Shown: positions 48,340-56,255 of the stretch, piece after piece
Numbering within the stretch: the stretch's first letter is position 1
Layout of the letters: each line of letters begins with the position of its first letter
Assembly: GCA_963712585.1 (NCBI GenBank)
Contig: CAVQIH010000008.1
Location: 134,585-198,584, forward strand
From: an uncultured Chloroflexia bacterium
Lineage (GTDB): Bacteria > Chloroflexota > Limnocylindria > Limnocylindrales > CSP1-4
DNA: 64,000 bases
Direction of reading: 5' to 3'
The notes under the pieces: generated by a model
What the model was told of the DNA's origin: nothing
Databases searched by the model: none
What the model saw: only the letters and a program-made list of their open reading frames with translations
Made by a program: the position numbers and the translations under genes

Positions 48340-48564
48340 GTGAAGCAGGCCGAGGACGCATCCTTCATCGACCTGATCGCCTGCGAGCGCGACTGCCGGT
48401 TCTGCAGCTATGCTGCCGCCCTCGACTGCGACGGTAACTGCGGCGTGTGCCCCCATAACGCCTACTGCCCGTGCGTCAACCCCGTCGTCGCCCGTAGCAA
48501 GACCGCCATCCGGCTGATCGAGCTCCGGCCGATCCTCCTCCAGGACGTTCGAGGTCGGAGCTAG
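48340..48564 (+). CDS. hypothetical 74-aa eight-cysteine protein (2 x CX3CX2C plus CXC)
   Basis: GTG start with GAGG 5 nt upstream. GC3 is about 85% and GC1>GC2, like neighbouring genes. Product: VKQAEDASFIDLIACERDCRFCSYAAALDCDGNCGVCPHNAYCPCVNPVVARSKTAIRLIELRPILLQDVRGRS. The TAG stop is immediately followed by the prfB GTG. Confidence 0.55.
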   Translation: MKQAEDASFIDLIACERDCRFCSYAAALDCDGNCGVCPHNAYCPCVNPVVARSKTAIRLIELRPILLQDVRGRS

Positions 48565-49687
48565 GTGGAGCTTTCCGACCTCCGCGATCTCGCCGAGCGG
48601 ATCCGCGCGACCTCGGGGCGTCTTTGACCTCCCCGCCAAGGAAGCTCGACTCGCCGAACTCGACACGCTGACGACGTCGCCCGGTTTCTGGGACGACCAG
48701 CGCGCGGCACAGCGAGTCCTCCGCCAGGCGGACAGCCTGCGTTCCGAGATCGGCCTCTGGCGAGGTCTCACCGCCCGGATCGACCTGCTCCTCGAGCTGC
48801 GCGAGATGGCCTCGGAGGCCGACGACCCCGAGCTCCTGGCCGAGATCGATCGCGATGCCGGCGCGCTCGCGGCCACCTACCAACGAGAGCGGACGGCCCT
48901 GCTCTTCAGCGGGGAATATGACGCGCGGGGCGCCCTCCTCTCGATCAGCGCGGGGGCCGGCGGGACCGAGGCCACCGACTGGACGGAGATGCTCCTGCGG
49001 ATGTACCTGCGGTGGGCCGAGCGGCATCGCTACCAGACCGAGATCCTCGACCAGACGGAGGGCGAGGAGACGGGCCTCAAGAGCGTTACGGTGGCCGTCG
49101 ACGGCCGCAACGCCTACGGCTACCTGCGGGTCGAGCGTGGTGTCCACCGGCTGGTGCGGATCAGCCCGTACGACTCGCAGAAGCGCCGCCAGACGACGTT
49201 CGCCCTGGTGGAGGTGCTGCCGGAGGCCGAGGACGATGTCGAGGTGGAGCTCGACTGGGACGAGATCCGGGTGGACACGTATCGCTCGACCGGAGCCGGG
49301 GGACAGCACGTCAACAAGACCGACTCGGCGGTCCGCCTCACCCACGTTCCGACCGGGATCGTCGCTCAGAGCCAGAACGAGCGCTCCCAGATGCAGAACA
49401 GGGAAACGGCGGCGAAGATCCTCAAGGCCCGTCTCCTCGAGCGCGCCCTCGAGGAGCGCGAGGCAGAGATCCGGCGCCTGAAGGGTGAGCACGTCGCCGC
49501 CGGCTGGGGCAATCAGATCCGCAGCTACGTCCTCCATCCCTACCAGATGGTCAAGGACCTCCGGAACGGCCACGAGACGTCAAACACGACGGCGGTCCTC
49601 GACGGCGACCTCGACCCGTTCATGCAGGCCGAGCTGGGGCGGCTGGCGACGGGTGCCCCAGTCGCCGCCGAGGGTGGGCCCGACTGA
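48565..49687 (+). CDS. prfB: peptide chain release factor 2, requires programmed +1 frameshift at CTT TGA C (48622-48628)
   Basis: Frame 0 reads GTG 48565...TCG GGG CGT CTT TGA. The +1 frame from 48626 gives DLPAKEARLAELDTLTTSPGFWDDQRAAQ... and continues into ORF 48806..49687, which contains GAGGQHVNKTDSAVRLTHVPTG (GGQ). Confidence 0.93.
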
Positions 49688-50676
49688 TGGCCGGGGTCGC
49701 CGACGAAGCCGCGGCGATTCGGCTGCGACCGGCTACCTCGGACGACCTGCCGGCGTGCGCTGCCATCTGGCACGAGGCCATCTCCGAGTACGGTGCCCGC
49801 CTGAACGCGCCATCGTTCCCGCCACCGGGGGCATCGTTCCACCGCCTGCTCGCCCATCTACGCGAGGGTGACCCCGATCGCTTCCTGGTGGCCTGCGGGC
49901 CCGAGCACGTCGGCCCGCTCGGCTTCGTGTCGGCGAGCATCCGTGGTCCGCTGTGGTTCCTCGGCCTGCTCTTCGTCCGGCCGTCCGTCCAGGGCGCCGG
50001 GCTCGGACGGCGCCTGCTCCAGGCCACCCTCCCGGCGTGGGCGGTCTCGGGTGGCGGCCCACTCGACGCCGCCGCGAGGATCCTGGCGACCGCCACCGAC
50101 AGCGCCCAGCCGATATCCAACGCCCTCTACAGCGGGTACGGCATGGTGCCACGCCTGCCCGTCCTCAACCTCGTCGGGTACGTCGAGCGGCCGGCAATGC
50201 TCCCGGAGCTGCCGGCCGGGGTCGCGGCGCTCCGCTTCGAGGACCTCACCCCAACCGACTCGACCGGACCGGCGTGGCAGGAGCTCATGGGGACGCTCGG
50301 CTCGATCGATCGAGCCCTGCTCGGATTCGAGCACCCCGTGGACCATCGTTTCCTGCGTCTCGACGCTCGGACCGGCTTCCTCTACCGCGGCCCCGACGGC
50401 GCGAACCTGGCCTACGGCTACACCTCGGCACTGGGGCGGGTCGGCCCGGTCGCCGTTCTCGACCCCGATCTGATCGGGCCGGTCATCGGCCACCTGCTGC
50501 GAGCCGTGGAACCACGCGGGGCGTTCGCCAGCTGGGTCCCGGGGGCGAACGACCGGGCCGTCAGGACGTTCCTGGCGGCCGGACTGCGCCTGGAAGGCTT
50601 CCCCACCCTGCTCTGCTGGACGCGACCCTTCGCCGATTTCGGGCGGTACCTGCCGATCAGCCTCGCCCTCCTTTGA
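49687..50676 (+). CDS. GNAT-family N-acetyltransferase (two-domain, 329 aa)
   Basis: IRLRPATSDDLPACAAIW...LGLLFVRPSVQGAGLGRRLLQATL (acetyl-CoA binding motif A-like). The ATG overlaps the prfB TGA by 1 nt. Confidence 0.6.
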   Translation: MAGVADEAAAIRLRPATSDDLPACAAIWHEAISEYGARLNAPSFPPPGASFHRLLAHLREGDPDRFLVACGPEHVGPLGFVSASIRGPLWFLGLLFVRPSVQGAGLGRRLLQATLPAWAVSGGGPLDAAARILATATDSAQPISNALYSGYGMVPRLPVLNLVGYVERPAMLPELPAGVAALRFEDLTPTDSTGPAWQELMGTLGSIDRALLGFEHPVDHRFLRLDARTGFLYRGPDGANLAYGYTSALGRVGPVAVLDPDLIGPVIGHLLRAVEPRGAFASWVPGANDRAVRTFLAAGLRLEGFPTLLCWTRPFADFGRYLPISLALL

Positions 50677-50818
50677 GCCGGACCCGCTCGGTTGCCGGTT
50701 CCGACGCGCCGGGGTACGCTCTGGCGAACGTGGCTTCCATCGCCGTGCCCGCGGACGGAGCCGACAGGATCGGCGCCGCCGGGATTCCCCGCCCGGCTCG
50801 CCCGCCGCGGAGCGGAAC

Positions 50819-51610
50819 GTGACGCTGGCCCCCCCTAAGCCCGCCGGCCGCAGTCTGCGTGAACGGCTGGCCGGCCGACACGACGAGCCTGCGCCGGCCG
50901 CCACCTACGGGGCCGTGCGGCCGGTCCTGTTGCTCCGCGACGTCACGAAGGCCTACCCGAACGGCAACGTGGCCCTGCGAGACGTCGACCTGACGGTCCG
51001 AGAGGGCGAGTTCGTCTTCCTCGTGGGCCCGTCGGGGGCCGGAAAATCGACCCTCATCAGGCTCCTCATCCGCGACGAGCTCGCGACCTCCGGCCAGGTC
51101 GTCGTCGACGGGCAGGATCTTGCCCGCGTGTCCCGGCGGCAGGTCCCCCGGATCCGGCGCAAGATCGGGATCATCTTCCAGGACTTCAAGCTCCTGCCGA
51201 CGCGGACCGTCTGGGAGAACGTCGCGTTCGCCCTCGAGGTCACCGGAGCACCCCGGCGCAAGATCGGACCCGCCGTCGACCGCGTGCTGTCCCTGGTGGG
51301 CCTCACCGCGGCGGCCCGCCAGCAGCCCAGCCAGCTCGCCGGTGGGGAGCAGCAGCGGACCGCCATCGCGCGAGCGCTCGTCCACGATCCGCGTCTCATC
51401 ATTGCCGACGAGCCGACCGGCAACCTCGACCCGCTCATCAGCTGGGAGATCATCCAGCTCCTGCTGCGGATCAACGAGCTCGGGGTCACGGTGCTCATGG
51501 CGACCCACAATGCCGAGGTCGTCACGGCCCTCCGCCGACGGGTGGTCGCGCTCGAACAGGGCCGCGTCGTCCGGGATGAGCTCGGGGGCGCCTACCACCG
51601 TGAGGACTGA
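50819..51610 (+). CDS. ftsE: cell division ABC ATPase FtsE
   Basis: LRDVTKAYPNGNVALRDVDLTVREGEFVFLVGPSGAGKSTLIRLL...LAGGEQQRTAIARAL...IIADEPTGNLD. The true start may be the internal GTG at 50915. Confidence 0.9.
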   Translation: MTLAPPKPAGRSLRERLAGRHDEPAPAATYGAVRPVLLLRDVTKAYPNGNVALRDVDLTVREGEFVFLVGPSGAGKSTLIRLLIRDELATSGQVVVDGQDLARVSRRQVPRIRRKIGIIFQDFKLLPTRTVWENVAFALEVTGAPRRKIGPAVDRVLSLVGLTAAARQQPSQLAGGEQQRTAIARALVHDPRLIIADEPTGNLDPLISWEIIQLLLRINELGVTVLMATHNAEVVTALRRRVVALEQGRVVRDELGGAYHRED

Positions 51611-51642
51611 CCGTCGGCCGTGAGGAGCGAGGTTCGGCCCCG

Positions 51643-52527
51643 GTGATCCCCTTCGTCGCCTTCAGCATGCGACGCGCCTGGCAGGGCTTCTGGCGCAACG
51701 CGGTGATGAGCTTTGCCGCGACCGCGACGATGGTTCTCATGCTCCTCCTGCTGGCGGGCTTCTGGATCGTTCAGAGCGGGCTGACCGCCGGGCTCGAGTT
51801 CGTGGAGCAGAAGGTCCAGATCGTTGCCTACTTCGAGGACGGGGCCCTCGACAGGGAGATCCAGGCGGCGACGGCTGCTGCCGAGGCGATGCCGGAGGTG
51901 AAGAGCGTCGAGTACGTCTCCAAGGACGAGGCGCTCCGGCGCTTCCGCCAGCACCTCGCCGAGCGGGGCGAGCCCGACCTGACGACCGCGCTGGACGCGA
52001 ATCCGCTGCCCGCCAGTCTCGAGATCCTGCTCGTCGACCCGGCCGACTTCGGCGATGTGGTCGCCGTCTTGCGTCAGCAGCCGGGAATCGACCGCGTCGA
52101 GGAGATCCAGCAGCTGGTCGACCGGGTCCTGACCGTCACGGCGGTCATCCGCACCGTGGGGCTCGGGGTCCTGCTCCTGGTCGGACTCACGGTCCTCTTC
52201 ATCATCGTCAACACGATCCGCCTCGCCGTCGTGTCGCGAGCCGAGGAAATCGAGATCATGCGACTGGTCGGGGCATCTGACGCCTTCATCCGCTGGCCGT
52301 TCATCTTCGAGGGCGCCATGGTGGGCGTGATCGGGGCGCTGATCACCTTGGTCCTCCTCGCGTTGGCCTCCGGGCCGCTGACCGACCTGATGTACGGCTT
52401 CTTCCAGGTCCTGCCGCTGCAGGTGGGCAACCTGGTCCGCGACGTCTCTCTGCTCGTGGTCGGCGTGGGCCTGGGGCTGGGTGTCCTCGGATCGTACGTC
52501 TCCGTCCGGAGCTACTTGATTCGCTGA
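51643..52527 (+). CDS. ftsX: cell division permease-like protein FtsX
   Basis: 294 aa. A TM1-periplasmic domain (VEYVSKDEALRRF...NPLPASLEI) is followed by three TM helices (RLVGASDAFIRWPFIFEG). It lies downstream of ftsE. Confidence 0.9.
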   Translation: MIPFVAFSMRRAWQGFWRNAVMSFAATATMVLMLLLLAGFWIVQSGLTAGLEFVEQKVQIVAYFEDGALDREIQAATAAAEAMPEVKSVEYVSKDEALRRFRQHLAERGEPDLTTALDANPLPASLEILLVDPADFGDVVAVLRQQPGIDRVEEIQQLVDRVLTVTAVIRTVGLGVLLLVGLTVLFIIVNTIRLAVVSRAEEIEIMRLVGASDAFIRWPFIFEGAMVGVIGALITLVLLALASGPLTDLMYGFFQVLPLQVGNLVRDVSLLVVGVGLGLGVLGSYVSVRSYLIR

Positions 52528-52721
52528 TTCGAGAGGAACGGCGGCCTTCGAGCGGCCAGCCTGGCCCCGGGACTGCCCGCGTCCTCGCGCCGGGATCCGG
52601 CCGGGCCGCCCCCGCGTACCGGTGTAGGCTGTAGCGCGCTTCGAGGCTCGGGACCGACGGGTGATCCAGGCCCCGGCACGTCCCCAGAACGAACGTTCCG
52701 CCGTCGTCATAGGAGCCCACG

Positions 52722-54098
52722 ATGCTCCCCGCCGAACCTTCCCAACTCGAGTCGACCCTCCCGGAGCCATCCGTGGGGCCGCCTGTCGAGCCGCGTGCGC
52801 CGCAGGAGCCGGGTCCCTCGGCTGCTGCCGCCCTCGGCCCCCCGGGTGGCCGCCGTCGCGGCGGTCCTGCGGTCGTTCTTGCCGGCGCCCTCGTCGCGGT
52901 CCTTGCCGGAACGGCCCTGTTCGTTTCGGGCTTCGCCCTGGGAGCCCGGGTGGCGACGACCCCGGGCACGCCTCCCGGCGAGGAGGCGGCGTTCGGGGCC
53001 TTCTGGGACGCGTACCGGGCGATCAAGGGCTCCTACGTTGGCGAGGTCGACCAGAAGGCACTGGTCGAGGGTGCGATCGGGGGGATGATCGGGGCGCTCG
53101 AAGATCCCTACTCCTCGTACATGACCTCCGAGGAGTACCGTCGCTCCCTCCAGGGGCTCTCCGGCCAGTTCGAGGGAATCGGGGCGGAGATCGGCACCAG
53201 GGCGACGGCCGGTTCCGACTGCGCAACCCTTGGCCCGACGTGCGCGATGGTGGTCATCCAACCTACGGAGGGGGCTCCGGCCGAGGCCGCCGGGCTGCGC
53301 GCGGGGGACGAGATCACGGCCATCGACGGGATCCCGGTCGCCGGACTCACCCTCGACGCCGCCGTGGCCAAGATCCGGGGGCCCAAGGGGACCACCGTGA
53401 CCCTGACGGTCATGCGCGGCGGCGGGACGACTCTGGAGCTAGCCATCGTCCGCGCCGTGATCCAGCAGAAGGAAGTCACGACCCGCTCGCTCGCGGGTGG
53501 CCAAGTCGCCTACATCCGGCTGGCCGGCTTCAGCGACACCGGCGCCGCGGCCGTCGCCGTGGCAATTCGCGCGGCCGCCGACGGGGGTGGGACCAGGCTG
53601 ATCCTCGACCTTCGCGGCAATACCGGCGGCCTCGTGACGGCCGCCCGCTCGATCGCGAGCCAGTTCGTCGCCGCGGGCCCGATCTACTGGCAGGAGACCG
53701 CGCGGGGTGGCCGCGTGGCCATCGATGCCCAGCCCGGTGGCGCGGCAGTCGATGCGCGCTTCAAGGTAGCTGTCCTCATCGATGGCGGCACCGCCTCGGC
53801 CAGCGAGATCGTCGCAGGCGCCCTCCAGGACACCGGCCGGGCCACACTGATCGGTGAGAAATCGTTCGGGAAGGGTTCGATCCAGGAGTGGCTACCGCTC
53901 CCCGACGACACCGGCGGGTTCCGTCTGACCATCGCCAAGTGGTTCACCCCCAAGGGGCGTTCGATCCATGGAACCGGGCTCACCCCCGACATCGAGGTCA
54001 ACGGCGGGGGTGGTCCCGTCGAGCAGGATCCGGTCGTCCTGCGGGCGCTCGAGGTGCTCGGGGCTCCATCGGCGTCCAGGCACCAGCGAGCCGCCTGA
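52722..54098 (+). CDS. ctpA: S41-family carboxy-terminal processing peptidase with PDZ domain
   Basis: DPYSSYMTSEEY...FEGIGAEI...GAPAEAAGLRAGDEITAIDG...LDLRGNTGGL...LIDGGTASASEIVAGALQD...LIGEKSFGKGSIQ. Confidence 0.9.
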   Translation: MLPAEPSQLESTLPEPSVGPPVEPRAPQEPGPSAAAALGPPGGRRRGGPAVVLAGALVAVLAGTALFVSGFALGARVATTPGTPPGEEAAFGAFWDAYRAIKGSYVGEVDQKALVEGAIGGMIGALEDPYSSYMTSEEYRRSLQGLSGQFEGIGAEIGTRATAGSDCATLGPTCAMVVIQPTEGAPAEAAGLRAGDEITAIDGIPVAGLTLDAAVAKIRGPKGTTVTLTVMRGGGTTLELAIVRAVIQQKEVTTRSLAGGQVAYIRLAGFSDTGAAAVAVAIRAAADGGGTRLILDLRGNTGGLVTAARSIASQFVAAGPIYWQETARGGRVAIDAQPGGAAVDARFKVAVLIDGGTASASEIVAGALQDTGRATLIGEKSFGKGSIQEWLPLPDDTGGFRLTIAKWFTPKGRSIHGTGLTPDIEVNGGGGPVEQDPVVLRALEVLGAPSASRHQRAA

Positions 54099-54103
54099 CG
54101 GTC

Positions 54104-54121
54104 GGGCGCCGGCCGGCGCCC
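54104..54121. terminator. GC palindrome GGGCGCCGGCCGGCGCCC directly after the ctpA stop
   Basis: 18-nt perfect palindrome 5 nt after the TGA. There is no U tract. Confidence 0.4.
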
Positions 54122-54263
54122 GAAGGGGCGACTACGAGCCCCCGAGATCGCGTCCGAGCATGGAGACTCGTTCTGCGACTGCTGGCAGCCGTACGCCGAC
54201 GCCGATCGTCACCGCATCTGCGTCGCGGCCGGCAACCACTCGGCCCGAGAGGCGCGGCCATGC

Positions 54264-54292
54264 TTGCACCCCTCAAGGGGCTGGGGTATGGT
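54264..54292 (+). promoter_or_regulatory. candidate promoter TTGCAC-17-TATGGT inside the ctpA-smpB spacer
   Basis: Hexamers at 54264-54269 and 54287-54292. They would start a transcript of about 125 nt that ends at the 54397-54425 hairpin. Confidence 0.3.
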
Positions 54293-54396
54293 TCGCGGGA
54301 ACGAAAGGAGGTGATGTGCAGTGATAGACAGTCCTAGCTGCACCACCCCGCAGGAGATGGCCGGCTAGCCGACCCCTGCTCGGTGGTACCGCAACC

Positions 54397-54425
54397 GAAC
54401 GCCGGCCCGCCATGGGCCGGCGTTC
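54397..54425. terminator. GC-rich hairpin GAACGCCGGCCC-GCCAT-GGGCCGGCGTTC
   Basis: 12-bp perfect stem with a 5-nt loop, 57 nt upstream of smpB and 300 nt downstream of ctpA. Confidence 0.45.
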
Positions 54426-54481
54426 GCGCGTCCGGGCTGCCGGCGCCGTGCCTCAACCGACCCTAACCGAAGGAGCTCCCC

Positions 54482-54949
54482 ATGGGCGAGCAGACGATCG
54501 CCCTCAATCGAAAGGCCCGCCACGAGTACACCATCGAGGAAACACTCGAGGCTGGCATCGTCCTGACCGGCACCGAGATCAAGTCGATCCGCGCCCATCA
54601 CGTCAACCTCTCCGAGGCATACGCGCGGATCGAACACGGCGAGGCCTGGCTGGTCGGCGCCCACATCGCCCCGTTCGAGGGCGGCAACCGCGGCAACCAC
54701 GAGCCCAAGCGCACGCGGAAGCTGCTGCTGCGGCGCTCCGAGATCGACGAGCTCCTCGGGCGGACGCGTGCCAAGGGCCTCACCCTGGTCCCCCTGCGGC
54801 TGTACATCAGCGAACGCGGCCGGGCCAAGATCGAGCTCGGGCTCGCCCGCGGCAAGCAGCTTCACGACCGTCGGCGCGACATCGCCGAGCGCGACGCGCG
54901 CCGCGAGATCGCCCGCGAGCTGGCCGATGTCAGGCGGGGGCGCGGCTAG
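54482..54949 (+). CDS. smpB: SsrA-binding protein SmpB
   Basis: IALNRKARHEYTIEETLEAGIVLTGTEIKSIR...NHEPKRTRKLLLRRSEI...GLTLVPLRLY. GAAGGAG lies 6 nt upstream. Confidence 0.95.
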   Translation: MGEQTIALNRKARHEYTIEETLEAGIVLTGTEIKSIRAHHVNLSEAYARIEHGEAWLVGAHIAPFEGGNRGNHEPKRTRKLLLRRSEIDELLGRTRAKGLTLVPLRLYISERGRAKIELGLARGKQLHDRRRDIAERDARREIARELADVRRGRG

Positions 54950-55152
54950 CAGGATCGAGTCGGCACGAGGCCGGTCCGGCCCTGGCGCCGCTCGAGAGCG
55001 GAGCGGAGTTGAGCCGTGAGCTCGGCGAGCTCGTGCACCAGCTCGTCCGCCCGGCGATAGGCGTCGCTGCCGGGCAGGGCCGCCCGGCGGAGGCGCATCG
55101 CCGCGCTGGCGGCATGCTTGAGACGACGGAGTGACGCTTCGAGCTCGGACAT
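54946..55152 (-). CDS. hypothetical 68-aa helical protein
   Basis: ATG with GGAGG 4 nt upstream. GC3 is about 84% and GC1 (79%) exceeds GC2 (57%). Product: MSELEASLRRLKHAASAAMRLRRAALPGSDAYRRADELVHELAELTAQLRSALERRQ... It converges on smpB with a 4-nt overlap. I recognise no family. Confidence 0.4.
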   Translation of the reverse strand: MSELEASLRRLKHAASAAMRLRRAALPGSDAYRRADELVHELAELTAQLRSALERRQGRTGLVPTRSC

Positions 55153-55344
55153 GCGGGCCTCCGGGCCGGTGGCACCCGCTCGCCTTGCGGGCGGGCATGG
55201 CCAGCATGATGAGGGGCGTCCTTGAGCACGGGGTTAGCGAGCGGTGAAGAATCCGTGAACAACGGCCCCCGGGACGGGAACGACCCGCCCATGCGGTACA
55301 CTGGCGCCGAGCTCGTGGCGCATCGCGCCGGGCTCCACCGACGT

Positions 55345-55720
55345 GGGGATGCGTGGTTTCGACAGGGCCCCGACGTCAGGGAACGCGAGCCGAGGTGCCG
55401 TCAGGCCTCGCTAAACAGGCGGCAAACCGAAGTAACTGGCAACCGCCAGCCTGCTCTCGCCCTCGCCGCTTAGGCGGTAAGGTGAGCGTGGAAGCAGCCC
55501 CGTCCCCGCGGGCTGTGGAAGCGTCATTCAGCGGGGATGCGCCTTCGCCCAGCGTCGCGTAAGGGAAGGCAAAGCCCGATCTAGGGGCACGTGACTGGAC
55601 CGGTCGACGCTCCTGCCGGTGGGGGCATGGCCGGTCGAGATCCAAGCACCGGACACGCTCGTAGCTGGTCCCTGGCCACAGGTTCTGGACGGGGAGTTCG
55701 ACTCTCCCCCATCTCCACCA
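55345..55720 (+). ncRNA. ssrA: tmRNA (SsrA), tag reading frame GGC AAC CGC CAG CCT GCT CTC GCC CTC GCC GCT TAG = (A)GNRQPALALAA
   Basis: The 5' end GGGGATGCGTGGTTTCGACAGGG pairs with the 3' end CATCTCCACCA, including a G3:U pair. T-arm GGACGGGGAGTTCGACTCTCCCCC. The tag ORF at 55438-55473 is preceded by GTAACT, as in actinobacterial tmRNAs. A TACACT -10 candidate lies at 55297-55302. Confidence 0.92.
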
Positions 55721-55787
55721 CTCCTCTTGGTCCCCGTCGGGTGGTGTGACGAACGCACTTCACCCTGACTGGTGCCCGGACACTCGA

Positions 55788-56197
55788 GTGGCCGATCGGC
55801 CTCGGCAGGTCTACCGCCGGGACCGCCATGGGGACGTGCGGTCGATCGTCGAGGGCGAAGGGGGTCGCAACTTCTGCGTCGGGCGCGGGCGATGGGCGGT
55901 AGTCATCCCCGCTCCTCCTGCACGTGCTGCGCCAGAAGGGGCCTCACCAGTCGACGTGCGGCCTCAGCCCGCTCGACGACGTCGATCCTCGAGGGACCGC
56001 CGCGCTGCCCACCGGCCGACCATCGGATCCTGGTGATCTTCTGGACTTCTCCGTTGGTGGGCTACTCCTCTGGCCGACGCATCCTCGCCGTCGGCGTCCC
56101 GCTCGGCGAGCATCGCCGATATGGGGAGCCTGCCGAGCACGCCGCCGCCCACCGGCTCGATGCGGCGGTCTCCGCGCTCGGATCGAGCCCTTCCTGA
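55788..56197 (+). pseudogene. hypothetical ORF downstream of tmRNA, readable only with two +1 frame corrections (about 55905 and 56017)
   Basis: Three consecutive plus-strand segments each show coding-like statistics (GC3 about 85-89%, GC1>GC2). They read VADRPRQVYRRDRHGDVRSIVEGEGGRNFCVGRGRWAVVIP, LLLHVLRQKGPHQSTCGLSPLDDVDPRGTAALPTG and DHRILVIFWTSPLVGYSSGRRILAVGVPLGEHRRYGEPAEHAAAHRLDAAVSALGSSPS. I recognise no family. Confidence 0.25.
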
Positions 56198-56215
56198 GTG
56201 GGTACGCCGTTTGAG

Positions 56216-56255
56216 CCACCGCCCGCCGTGGCGAGCCACCGGCACGGCGGGGTGG
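56216..56255 (-). terminator. GC-rich hairpin just after the vanW stop
   Basis: On the minus strand CCACCCCGCCGTG...CACGGCGGG(CG)GTGG forms 9+4 bp with a 2-nt bulge and a 12-nt loop. It begins 6 nt after the TAG. Confidence 0.4.

Noticed and set aside
48340-48564. Cys-rich ORF as a RiPP (sactipeptide, ranthipeptide or SCIFF-like) precursor.
   Set aside because: There is no maturase, protease or exporter nearby; the only radical SAM gene is 18 kb away in a different conserved context. The cysteines are central rather than C-terminal, and a 28-aa non-Cys tail follows. A small metalloprotein is more likely, so it is retained as an unknown and not as a RiPP.
54099-54314. Stop-codon readthrough extension of ctpA, or a selenocysteine-type TGA. 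The frame after the ctpA TGA stays open for 72 codons with coding-like GC3 and several cysteines.
   Set aside because: The CtpA homology already ends naturally before the TGA. A GC palindrome sits immediately after the stop. I saw no SECIS-like context, and the frame ends in the rare pair AGG AGG, which is better explained as a Shine-Dalgarno element. I kept it only as part of the orphan-locus finding.
55811-55906. 31-codon Pro/Arg-rich ORF on the minus strand with a striking AGGAGGAG 5 nt upstream. Its ATG overlaps a TGA of an upstream frame (ATGA).
   Set aside because: It shares third-codon positions with a plus-strand frame, and its GC2 (77%) exceeds its GC1 (55%), which is the signature of a shadow frame. 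The plus-strand partner shows the normal GC1>GC2. The SD-like string is simply the complement of Ala-Pro-Pro-Ala codons.
55921-55936. CACGTG-centred palindrome CTGCACGTGCTG as a second parS site.
   Set aside because: It matches the parS consensus at only about 9 of 16 positions, and the flanking half-sites are wrong.
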